A stretch of DNA of 64,000 bases, taken from assembly GCF_006345805.1 (NCBI RefSeq), contig NC_043019.1, forward strand, positions 2,418,001 to 2,482,000. The letters are read 5' to 3'. The notes below the pieces were generated by a model. That model was not told the origin of the DNA. It made no database searches and saw nothing but the letters and a program-made list of their open reading frames with translations. This stretch comes from Octopus sinensis (lineage: Eukaryota). Positions 26,675-38,250 of this stretch are shown here, one piece after another; position 1 is the first letter of the stretch, and each line of letters opens with the position of its first letter. The position numbers and the translations under genes are program-made.

Positions 26675-27271
26675 TAATATACATGTATGTGTATGCTTGT
26701 GTGTACATATATTAAATACATATTTGTAAATACGTATGTTTTAAATTTATTATCCTTAGTATGACTTATGACTTCAGACTGCATCCGGACATTATTCGGA
26801 AGTTCGAGGTTTTGAGGAGCGCTGAAAAACCTCTTTGTTTTTCGCTGACTTATAATAGTAGACTCTGTCAGGGTCCCATATATGAGTTAATTAGCACCTT
26901 TGGGAATGCCTACCTTTACATGTGAAGACCAGATCCGTTGGACTCTCTGGAAAAAAAATTTCCATGGTTTAACGGACTGGGTGGTGACAGTAGCAATACA
27001 TTGTGGAGCGCAGAGCGCAAGGTGAGGCAAGTAAGACACCTTGGCCATCCACTGCATCTGTCTCTATCCTCAGTTTTCTTGACCTGGTCTTGTCACTAGA
27101 TTGAGGTTGATCACAAATGAAAGAGTGGGTTTAACAAAATTATTCTTTACTAAGTCACAGCGCAAGTCATCAGCCATTCTTAAGGATAACTAAATGATCC
27201 TCATCGCTCCAACAGACGAACTTAAATTAAATTTATCCTAGTAAACCATATGTGTATAAGTATGTGTATAT

Positions 27272-27672
27272 ACTTTACTCCTTACTCTTTTGTTTCAGTC
27301 ATTTGACTGTGGCCATGCTGGAGCACCACCTTTTGTAGAGCAGATCGACCCTAGTACTAATTCTATCGGTCTCTTTTGCCGAACCGCTAAGTTACGGGGG
27401 ACATAAACACACCAACACCGGTTGTCAAGCGATGTTGGGGGGACAAATACAGGCACACAAACATATACACACACATACATATATATATATATACATATAC
27501 ATATACATACGACGGGCTTCTTTCAGTTTCCGTCTACTAAATCCACTCACAAGGCTTTGGTCGGCCCGAGGCTATAGTAGAAGATACTTGCCCAAGGTGC
27601 CTCGCAGTAGGACTGAACCCGGAACCGTGTGGTTCGTAAGCAAGTTACTAACCACACAGCCACTCCTACTCC
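27272..27672 (-). mobile_element. SINE family A
   Basis: Near full-length homology to family A. Confidence 0.9.
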
Positions 27673-27744
27673 TATAAGTGTATGTGGATTTATACATGTA
27701 TGTGTATAGATACATTTTCACTTTGAATCTCACCCCTCACTAAT

Positions 27745-28105
27745 CCCCAGATGCACTGGAAAGCCATGCTCTTGTATCATTCACCAGGGAGCTTTTGTAT
27801 AGAGACGTTCGGCGAAAGCAGTGTTGTAGATATCAACAAAACATTCGGTCGTGTTTGGCATGGAAACCTCATATCTAAACCTCCCACCTACGGTCTCTCT
27901 CTCTCAAATCTCTTGGCTCGGTAGATTCCTAGTAGATTAAATTATTGTGGCGTGCGTTAGCGGTGTTTTCCTCTATTCTCAATCAACTCTGAAATTTCCT
28001 AGAGTTCTGTACTGTTTCCCACTCTCTTCCTTCGAGATATCAATGATCAACTTATCACCACGTCCTTTGCAGATAACCTCACCCTTCATTCCTATCTAAC
28101 GTTGC
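27745..28105 (+). mobile_element. CR1-clade reverse transcriptase remnant
   Basis: VDINKTFGRVWHGNLISKPPTYG at 27826-27894 (cf. DISKAFDRVWH..LLSKLPSYG) and INDQ...SFADNLTLH downstream. Confidence 0.8.
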
Positions 28106-28352
28106 TTAATCATGCATCATTCACACGTAGCCTATACACCACACGCCAATCCTGTATTAACTTCGTAAACGAAGACCTTGAGAGCATGCTCTGGTGGTGG
28201 GGGCCATACCACCTTTGTCTCCCTTAACAGTAAGAAAATACCCAAACACTACTCATGTCAAGAAAATGCCACTGCTACTCTAATCATGAGCAGCATTCAG
28301 TTAGAACCTACACTGTCGCTTCACACACATAGAAACGTACACATACACACAC

Positions 28353-28387
<35 letters not shown>

Positions 28388-28388
28388 C

Positions 28389-29177
28389 TTAAGCAATTTA
28401 GAAATAGCAGTCAAAGACCGCTTATTCCTATTTACTACAAATATAGCTCCACATATAACATTTACTTGCAACTCACAAATGCAAAAAGAAGGGAAAATAA
28501 CGATAACAAACAGTCTTCGGTCAGTTGTGGACGCGTTTCTGGGTTAGAATTATAAAGAACTCATTCTCGTCCTCAGCACAACAATCCAATAAATTATAGA
28601 TTTGCAAATGCTATTAACCTACCTCTTGCATCTCGCTCCCGCGTCATCGGAGATAGCAGAAGATAGTCAGCACAAACCAAATCCATATAGACGAATGAAT
28701 TCGTATTTTCCCTCCGTGGTTGCCATGTGTGTTACAAAATAGTGCCGCAGAAAGAGAACTGTGGTTTGTTATAAGGGAGTGAAAAATTCTATTATTAATA
28801 ATATAAGGGTAAATAATTTTTAATTTTAAAAATTAACAATTATTACCAAGTAGTTTCGGTATGGAAATATAACCATTATCGGTAGGAACTTTTACAAAAA
28901 GTTATTTATATATATATATAAATAAATAAGGTTAAGCAACATACCGAAAATTTAGAAATAGCAGTCAAAGACCGCTTATTCCTATTTACTACAAATATAG
29001 CTCCACATATACCATTTACTTGTAACTCACATATGCAAAAAGAAGGGAAAATAACGAAAACAAACAGTCTTTGGTCAGTTGTAGACCGTTTCTATAATCT
29101 ATAATTTATTGGATTGTTGTGCGGTGGACGGGAATGAGTTTTTTATAATTCTAACCCAGAAACGCGTCCACAACTGA
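28389..29177 (-). mobile_element. Penelope-like non-coding element with direct and inverted pseudo-LTR pieces
   Basis: Direct repeats 28389-28539 and 28932-29091; 29092-29177 is an inverted copy of 28521-28602; contains hammerhead motifs. Confidence 0.7.
28524..28582 (-). ncRNA. Type I hammerhead ribozyme, intact core
   Basis: Stem I GTTGTG/CACAAC, CTGAGGA, extended stem II, GAAAC-GC-GTC with palindromic stem III. Confidence 0.7.
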
Positions 29178-29199
29178 TAATAATCAGGAGATTATTAGA

Positions 29200-29620
29200 G
29201 TAGACTGTCAAGGACGGCTAGAATCTTGCAACTACAGCGCCAAGAGGTAACAAAATACCAATGCCAAGGACAAGAGGGAGCTCATAGTGCAAAGGATTTC
29301 CATTTCAACGGAGGCAGATCACTTTGTAGTGTACTCGAGAGCCTACTGTCTGGAAGGGACTCTGGAATAGTGGCCAGGGAAAATTATCCTTCCTCCTCTT
29401 TCGTACCGTCGTTGACCTTTTGCCAACCCCAGGTAACTTTAAAGTATGGAGCAAAGAAGAAGATAAATTCTGCAATTAGTGTGGAGCTATTCTTTACACC
29501 ATAAACAACATTTTGATCGGAAACCCTTGGACACTAGGAAGAGTCTGATACGAATGAAGGTACCACAAATTCCTTATAGAAATCGTAACATGGGGAGCCT
29601 TAAATGCATAGCGTTAAGAC
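29200..29620 (+). mobile_element. HERO/NeSL-like RLE LINE remnant
   Basis: LFRTVVDLLPTPGNFKVW (29414-29449 is DLLPTPGNFKVW) followed by a decayed C..C knuckle (KFCN*CG). Confidence 0.6.
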
Positions 29621-30615
29621 CAACAAACAGCAGCCATCTCGGCTTAGGAATGTCAGATTCCGAAGAGGTGACAAGGGATTGAATTCTATTGCAAAATTGA
29701 AGTTAGATAAATCTCGAAGGAAGAAATATACACTTATACCCATACAGAAATTGTAAACTTTGTGTATGTTATCATGGAAGCCCGCAAATAGAGGGCAATT
29801 TCCGGGCATGTGGTTGCTGACCAGTTACATAATTAGGCAAGCTTTGTTTATACCTTTCCAAGGCATTCTGGGATTAACAGATGAACATCTTTGGAAAGGG
29901 TTGCTCAGCCAATCAAGGTGTGTCGAAGGTGTGTTGCTCAGTCAATCAAGGTGTGTCGAATCTTTCCCTTGCCATGAGTTTGGAAAAGAATCAACGAATG
30001 TTCCAAGTTGCTTGTGTAGATTTGTAATTACATATTCCATCTGGTCAAGTCTATACGTTCCACTATTCGCCATCGCCGCACGACTTTGTCTATTCATAAA
30101 GTTTTACAAGAAGTTTTTCTACATCACATCGGTTATAGGAAACGAAGCGTGCACAGACCTACACTCACTTTTCGAATAAACCAGCTCACCTTCCGGCGGT
30201 CCAGGACTGGCTGCAACGAACAGAAGTTGAAAGATCCTCAGGTCTTACATCAGATTATCTGTCTCATTTCACTATTAGAAGTATTTCTACGTCCCCGTGC
30301 AAATGTTTGATAGTCGTCGATCCTTTTTTACGGATAATCTTTCCTTGCATTTTCTGCTATTTTTTCGCTACAATTTGCTTCTTCATGCAACACATTACGA
30401 TCCACATATTTGTGTTGCTTCTTTAAAATACAAGTGGTTTGCACAGTGGTTTGATTTGTATCACAACCGTTTCTATTTCCATTGTGTTCATGTCATGGCT
30501 ATAACATGATGTCCCTTCCTATACACTTCTTTAAACATCATTGGGTATAACTTTTGTGTTATATGCCTATGTATGCTTTTACAGTCTTCACTATATGCCT
30601 ACTTAATTGAACGGT

Positions 30616-31545
30616 TGTATGTATGTATGTATGTATGCATGCATGTATGTATGTATGTATGTATTGTATGTATGTATGTATGTATGTATGTATGTATGTA
30701 TGTATGCATGCATGCATGCATGTATGTATGTATGTATGTATTGTATGTATGTATGTATGTATGTATGTATGCATGCATGCATGTATGTATGTATGTATGT
30801 ATGCATGCATGCATGCATGCATGTATGTATGTATGTATGTATGTATGTATGCATGCATGTATGTATGTATGTATGTATGTATGTATGTATGTATGTATGT
30901 ATGCATGCATGCATGTATGTATGTATGTATGTATGTATGTATGCATGCATGTATGTATGTATGTATGCATGCATGTATGTATGTATGTATGTATGCATGC
31001 ATGTATGTATGCATGCATGTATGTATGTATGTATGTATGTATGTATGCATGCATGTATGTATGTATTGTATGTATGTATGTATGTATGTATGTATGTATG
31101 TATGCATGCATGCATGTATGTATGTATGTATGTATGTATGTATGCATGCATGCATGCAGTATGTATGTATGTATGTATGTATGTATGTATGTATGTATGT
31201 ATGTATGCATGCATGCATGTATGTATGTATGTATGTATGTATGTATGCATGCATGTATGTATGTATGTATGCATGCATGTATGTATGTATGTATGTATGT
31301 ATGTATGCATGCATGTATGTATGTATGTATGTATGTATGTATGTATGCATGCATGCATGCATGCATGTATGTATGTATGTATGTATGTATGTATGTATGC
31401 ATGTATGTATGTATGTATGCATGTATGTATGTATGTATGTATGTATGTATGTATGTATGTATGTATGTACGTATGTACGTATGTATGTATGTATGTATGT
31501 ATGTATGTATGTATGTATGTATGTATGTATGTATGTATGTGAGTG
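30616..31545. repeat. About 930-bp (GTAT/GCAT)n microsatellite
   Basis: Direct reading; the six overlapping 300-aa ORFs are artefacts. Confidence 0.99.
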
Positions 31546-31558
31546 TGTGCATGTAAGT

Positions 31559-31763
31559 ATGAAATGAGCTGCTCGAAAACGCACCGCCTATGAAGTGAAC
31601 AGGGAAAGCTTGGTCTATAATATTTTTGGACGCGTATATTTCTCAATGGCTGGGCTCAATAGTCACCAGCGGAGCCACGAGTGTATAGTATAAATTTATC
31701 TGAGTGCACATTGTCCTAAATGGTCAGTGATGTCCTTTCTCTGTCACAAGTGGACATCCAGCG
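31559..31763 (+). mobile_element. Short RTE 3' end, copy 1
   Basis: LVYNIFGRVYFSMAGLNSHQRSH; flanked by (GTAT)n. Confidence 0.65.
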
Positions 31764-31796
31764 TGTATGTATGTATGTATGTATGTATGTATGTAT

Positions 31797-32003
31797 GAAG
31801 TGAGTTGCTCGAAAACGAACCGTCGGCGTAGTGAATTTGGAAAGCTTGGTCTACAATATCTGCGGATGTGTATGATTGTTAATGGCTTAGCTTATTAGAC
31901 ACCGGCGGAGCTACACGTGTAAAGTTTAAATTCGTTTGAGTGCACAATGTTCTTAATGGCCAATGATGGTCTTCTCGGTCAGAAGCAGACAGCCAGCGTA
32001 TAG
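31797..32003 (+). mobile_element. Short RTE 3' end, copy 2
   Basis: LVYNICGCV*LLMA*LIRHRRSYT; homologous to copy 1. Confidence 0.65.
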
Positions 32004-32009
32004 GTGTGT

Positions 32010-32420
32010 ATATATGCATGTATGTATGTATGTATGTATGTATGTATGTATGTATGTATGTATGTATGTATGCATGTACGCATGAATGTATGTATGCTTG
32101 CATGAATGTATGTATGTATGCGTATCTGCATGTATGTATGTATGCATGCATGTATATATGTATTTCATGTATTATGTATGTAAGTATGTATGTATATATG
32201 TATGTATGTATGCATGTATATATGTATTTTATGTATGTATTATGTATGTAAGTATGTATGTATATATGTATGTATGCATTCATGTATATATGTATTCTAT
32301 GTATTTATGTATTATGTATGTAAGTATGTAAGTATATATGTGCGTATGTATGCATGCATGTATATATGTATTTTATGTATGCATGTATATACATATATAT
32401 GTATGCATGCATGTATGTAT
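32010..32420. repeat. Degenerate (GTAT)n microsatellite
   Basis: Direct reading. Confidence 0.95.
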
Positions 32421-32873
32421 TCTCTCAGCTTATTTTGATGCATACCTATATCTATGTACACGGTTGCTTAGTGCAGTTAGTCAACAAGGTGGGGTTCATT
32501 TTATCTTCAATACATACTAAAACATAAAATACTATTTAAAGAGAAGAATAAAATAAAAAAATTAGCAAGAAAACAACAAGAGATTAAAAGTAAAAGGAAA
32601 TGAAAAATGAAAAGGAAATATGTCGCCGAATGGGATTTCAAATTCCCTCTAGTAGAATATCTTTAAGGTTTACATGTAGGTCCTTATTAATCTAATAAAG
32701 AAATGAAGTCATTGCAATGGAAAAAAAAACTAGAAAAGGAAAAATTTTATGCTATTATTAATGTTATTCCTACTGATATTATATTGTCAAGTTTATTGTT
32801 GTTTTTTCAAGGATGTATTTGAAGGAGATTTAGTTGATAATTATAGCAGCTCGACTGATCACGTAGATTTAAC

Positions 32874-32874
<1 letters not shown>

Positions 32875-32967
<93 letters not shown>

Positions 32968-33011
32968 TATTATTATCATCATCATTATTATTATTGTTAT
33001 TGTTATTGTTA

Positions 33012-33072
<61 letters not shown>

Positions 33073-33098
33073 CATCATTATTATTATTGTTATTGTTA

Positions 33099-33130
<32 letters not shown>

Positions 33131-33132
33131 TA

Positions 33133-33178
<46 letters not shown>

Positions 33179-33208
33179 ATTATTATTATTATTATTATAT
33201 TATTATCA

Positions 33209-33260
<52 letters not shown>

Positions 33261-33295
33261 CATCATCATTATTATTATTGTTATTGTTATTGTTA

Positions 33296-33335
<40 letters not shown>

Positions 33336-33358
33336 CATCATTATTATTATTATTATAT
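32875..33358. repeat. (TAT)n microsatellite
   Basis: Direct reading. Confidence 0.98.
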
Positions 33359-33724
33359 ATAAATCATTCAAGAAGAAAATAAGTTGACGTAATTAATATT
33401 CACTAAACATTAAAAAAAACTTTGCAGTCGACGCATATTTTCAGAGTTATTTTGTAAAACATGTGTGACCTAAAAAGAACTTCAACTGTCAATGTATATT
33501 TGAAGTTTTAGTTATCTAAAGGTTAGGTCAGTTGATTTTTTTATGATGAAACACAGGACTTGAAAAAGAGAAAAAACAAAAAAAGGTTAATATTGTAACT
33601 GAAATACTTTGATAAGAAGAAACAGTGTTCCCTGGTTTAGACCAGGGTTTCTGTGCAACAAACTTTAATTGCTGCTGGAGAATGTTTAATGGAAAATATT
33701 TAACTTTTTTTTATATATTCTCTT

Positions 33725-34142
33725 TCTCTCTTTCTCTTTTACTTGTTTCAGTCATTTGACTGCGGCCATGCTGGAGCACCACCTTTAATCGAGCAACTCG
33801 ACCCCGGGACTAATTCTTTTGTAAGCCCAGTACTTATTCTATCGGTCTCTTTTGCCGAACCGCTAAGTGACGGGGACATAAACACACCAGCATCGGTTGT
33901 CAAGCAATGCTAGAAGGACAATCACAGGCACACAAACATATATACACACATACATATACATATATATATACATTTATACGACAGGCTTCTTTCAGTTTCC
34001 GTCTACTAAATCCACTCACAAGGCTTTGGTCGGCCCGAGGCTATAGTAGAAGACACTTGCCCAAGGTGCCACGCAGTGGGACTGAACCCGGAACCATGTG
34101 GTTGGTAAAAAAGCTACTTACCACACAGCCACTCCTGCGCCC
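33725..34142 (-). mobile_element. SINE family A, young full-length copy
   Basis: Intact head, core-like motif and tail; nearly identical to 21856-22276. Confidence 0.92.
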
Positions 34143-34774
34143 TGTTGCATATTATAACTTTTAACTCCGCATTTAAGTTTGAGATGCAGGATTGTTTTAA
34201 CCCCTAAAACTGACTTATCACACTTGGAATTATGTTTCTACTTCACCCTCTGTCTTCGGGTCAAAATTTCTTGATCTTTTGCCTTTTCATTTATTTATTC
34301 ATTTGTATTTTATTTATTTATAATCAAAATTGACAAATAAATATCTCCCGCTGAAACTTAACATAAAACCACTGCACATAGCAACATGTCATAATGTGGA
34401 CTAAATGCTGCTAACGCCTGCTTCCTTGCAGCTGCGAGTGTCTTGATAATTTCATTTTAAACCTGCTGCTGTGTAAACAACAGCGATTATAGAAGCAGAT
34501 ACTAGAAAAAAATTATCATTCTACGCGACGTGAAAAATTGCAAATACTAAAGAGAACAAGTGTTTGTTTATATAGTCGCAATAATTCCTGACTTGGGTGA
34601 TTTCTTTTTAATATCACGCTAGTAAATTGTTTCGTATACATCAATCTATGACGATGTTGTTTAATCATTCATATTCATTTTCAGTTCGTACGGCAATAGC
34701 AGTGGTGACGTAGTAGAGACAGAGGAAATTATGGTACATTAGTAAAGGTTTAAATGAAATTCAACAATAAAATG

Positions 34775-35233
34775 TTGTTATATTTCGGAATGGTCATTTT
34801 GCTAGTTTAGCCAATAAAATCACACGCACTATATATTTGGTGTTACTTTGCTTGAACAAAATAAGAATAAACAAAAACAACAACAAAAACAAATTACATG
34901 AACGTATATAAACAGAAGATACAAATATTACAGGCATCCCCCCCACACACACACTAAATAAACATAGACGCACATAGAGATATAAGCATGCGCAAATGAA
35001 GACAGAATAGAAATACAAAATGGCTGACTGTTAGTAAGGAGAGACACAAATAAGAAAGAAGAAAACAAAGGACCAATGATGCGGTCACAGGAGTGTGACG
35101 AAAGAACTCTGGCCAAAATAAGATTAAGATTAATGTAAAAAATAAATAACACTGACGCAAAGTAACACCAAATATATAGTGCGTGTGTTTTTATTGGCTA
35201 AACTGGCAAAATGACCATTCCGAAATATAACAA
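34775..35233. mobile_element. MITE with 77-bp TIRs
   Basis: 34775-34851 and 35157-35233 are inverted repeats with 2 mismatches. Confidence 0.8.
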
Positions 35234-35395
35234 TATCTGTTTCAACACACGACTTCACATAAAAAATCTTGCACAACAAATATATAAACGTACTAACAAT
35301 AAAATGACTAAACCGAAAATTACTTTTTATAAAATAAATATTATAGCTATTTTATTTAATGCATTTTCAAACGTAAGCGGCAATGGGTGTGCAAC

Positions 35396-35715
35396 CAGTT
35401 GTGTAGCTAATAGGGGAACAAGGGGAGCAAGGGGAGAAACCACTCCCCACTAGCAAATTTTAAAAATTTGGCGTCATTTCAATAATCTTTTAAAACTCTT
35501 TAGTTACCTATATCAGGAGTTGTAGGTTTCATACGTAATGACATTGTTACTGAAACATGAAATTATTGAATATAGGATACAATTACGTATATTATAACTA
35601 ACGAAATATTTTGCGTAATATAAAAGAAATGAGTTAATTATTATTTGGTATGTGCCACAGCGCCTTTTTATTATGTGCTCGACCCTACTAACTTTAGAAT
35701 CTGGCTACGCCTCTG
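35396..35715. mobile_element. hAT-type MITE with 8-bp TSD
   Basis: TSD TGTGCAAC at 35388-35395 and 35716-35723; TIR CAGTTGTGTAGC vs GCTACGCCTCTG. Confidence 0.85.
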
Positions 35716-36385
35716 TGTGCAACATCGTTCGCGATAAGCTCTATAAGTTCTACTTAAAGATTTGAATCGTATTATGGACTGCCAGAAACTACACTCGTTT
35801 ATCTTTTACACTAAGTTCAAGCGACAGGCGAGCTAGTGTTAATATATCCGATGCACAGAGTACTAAAAAAAAACTAACTAGAAAGAAATACGTAGAGAGA
35901 GAGAAAATGGCATTAGTTAATGACTAATGTTTTTATTTTTCCGTCAACTGCAGCAGACTACGCCCGACATGATTCCGTTTAATTACGACCATCAGTGAAG
36001 CACTGACTTCATCGTTGATGAGATATTAGTGTGTTATTTTGATATGTTTCATTTTTTTTAATTCTTCGAGTCATTGGACAGCAACAATACTAGGGCGCCG
36101 CCTTGAAGGGTTTAGAGGAACAACATGACCCCAATACTCATATCGGTATTATTTGCCGAGCCGCTATATTCCGCGGATGCGTAACAAACCAGCACAGGTT
36201 GTCAAGTGGTGCAAGAAGACAAACAGGAACATACAGAGACACACATACATACATACATACATACATACATACATACATACATACATACATACATACATAC
36301 ATACATACGTACGTACGTACGTACGTACATACATACATACATACATACATACATACATACATACATACATACATACATACATACA

Positions 36386-36418
<33 letters not shown>

Positions 36419-36434
36419 GTATGTATATATATAT

Positions 36435-36617
36435 GAACAAAGAGAAAACAACAACGCGAGGACGTGGAACAAATATAGTGTTATTGGACGCTCAGGAAAG
36501 GAAAGAAAGAAGGAGGATTTAACGTTTCGAGCGGAGCTCTTCGTCAGAAACATAGAAAAATGAAAAGCCCAAGGAAGGGAAGACGGAGAAAGAAAATCGC
36601 CAACGATACACACGCGG
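36435..36617 (-). mobile_element. 183-bp hammerhead-containing Penelope-like element in (TA)n (family H2)
   Basis: (TA)n on both flanks; hammerhead at 36517-36551. Confidence 0.75.
36517..36551 (-). ncRNA. Minimal type I hammerhead ribozyme, canonical core
   Basis: GTTT-CTGACGA-A-GAGC-TCC-GCTC-GAAAC-GTT-AAAT; palindromic AACGTT stem III. Confidence 0.75.
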
Positions 36618-36984
36618 TATATATATATACACATATATATTAATCGAAGTGTACAGTATCATATGTCCATTACAGCCAATCTTACCAATCGGTTTTGCAC
36701 GAGCGTTTCAACAGAGTGTTAGTTAACAGTCCGATTATGTAATCCTGCACTCATCAGAAGTAGCCGTTATGGATTTAAATATGACTACTGCCCTCGATTG
36801 TTGAAGGTGATTAGACACATCCAGTTCGTGGTTGGTGTAAAAAAGGTGATGAAACGAATTAAAAAAGGTACTGAGTCAAGAGTTATGTCCCCTGGTACCA
36901 AAACATCGCCTCTGGTGGTGATTTTGTTGCAAGTTGGCAAGAGTTTTCTAGAAAAGAGATTGTGGGAAATCTGTTTGTCTTTAA

Positions 36985-37076
36985 GGTTGGTGTCCTTGTG
37001 GAAATGGAATGTGTGTAGAAGGTTATACATATAGTACCACTGCTACATATATTCCATTTCCACAAGAATACCAATT
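36985..37076 (+). ncRNA. Candidate pri-miRNA-like hairpin
   Basis: 34-bp stem (28 Watson-Crick, 5 G.U, 1 mismatch) and 24-nt loop. Confidence 0.4.
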
Positions 37077-37170
37077 AATGTTTAGATATTCGTAAACTTT
37101 GATTACTTCTCCGTGCATCACAACAGTTGTAAGAGATTTATTCATCATTATTGTAGCCTGAACAGCCCGT

Positions 37171-37241
<71 letters not shown>

Positions 37242-37245
<4 letters not shown>

Positions 37246-37590
37246 GAAATATTAAAATTACTAAGTCTCTCTAAAGGAGATTACGGCAGCGTTACTGGAT
37301 ATTAATAGTTATCGCCATACTAATATGGCAGTCTATAAATATAAGACTAAAGCTGTCGCTGATTAGCTCCAAGAGGCGACCGCCTCTAGCTAGCTATATG
37401 ACACACGAACCCGCGTCCATTACAACCTTCGAACAGGGGAGGTCAGCCACTTCACCTTGCTAGTCAGACATCTGCAGACATGTTTCAGGGTTGTTGCCCT
37501 TTATCAATGCAGCGTAGTCAGACCCACAGGTGTCGCTACTGACCGTCTGTTCGAAGATTTTATTTACCTAGTTACAGTGGAATACATCCA
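37242..37590 (-). mobile_element. Penelope-like remnant with degenerate hammerhead (37472-37512)
   Basis: CTGCA-TTGATAA-AGGG..CCCT-GAAAC-AT-GTC-TGCAG; abuts (TA)n at 37174-37241. Confidence 0.6.
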
Positions 37591-37641
37591 CTTGTTTTCA
37601 ACATCTATATATAGGTATGTATGTATGTAGTGTGTGTATAT

Positions 37642-37687
<46 letters not shown>

Positions 37688-38014
37688 GTGTGTGTTATCT
37701 TTGACTTTGTGTTTGTATCTCACCACCACTTGACAACTAGTATTGGTATGTTTACGTGCCCGTAACTTAGCAGTTCTTTTTAGAAGCAATATAAGTATTT
37801 CTATTATTGCCACACTCGATGGTGTTGCTGTCGTTGTCGAGGTCGTTTTCGTTTAGTTCCAAGTGAGTCTCGATCAAGTAAACTTATGTCCAAAGACATA
37901 CTCTGTTATGATCATTATTTTTCATTCTTTTTTTCTTTTGTACGTTTCAGACACTATATATATAAGTCACTATATATTTAAGATTCCACATAAGATTCAG
38001 TTCTTGTTACGGTA

Positions 38015-38250
38015 CGGTGGATTTTTGGTTTCAATGGCTTCAAGATTTATGCCACCGGAGTGCAAGTTCCTAGTAGGGTTTCCTATGATGGACAGGTCAA
38101 AGGATACAGACTAGACGAATATGGATCACCTCTTCTCAGAAGCAAAAATTAGTTTGCGTAGGGTTATCACTCTTTCCTAAAAAGAAAAATCTAAGTTACA
38201 GAAGAATCGAGGACTATTCAAAACGAACAAGATCTGGAAAAAGGTCTACC
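38015..38250 (+). mobile_element. RTE-like LINE 5' region fragment
   Basis: Homologous to 15560-15830. Confidence 0.45.

Noticed and set aside
29860-30540. Possible APE-endonuclease start (ATWNIR, minus strand) of another LINE
   Set aside because: Single short motif in heavily decayed sequence; not enough to annotate
30559-31646. Six overlapping 311-347 aa ORFs (HTYI/MYVC repeats), and similar ORFs at 2053-2859, 3181-3662, 9739-10485, 32749-33387, 43339-43882 and 59333-60079
   Set aside because: Translations of microsatellites that lack stop codons; not genes
37005-37026. miR-1 homolog (TGGAATGT seed match)
   Set aside because: Only the first 8 nt match, and it lies on the 5' arm whereas miR-1 is a 3p product
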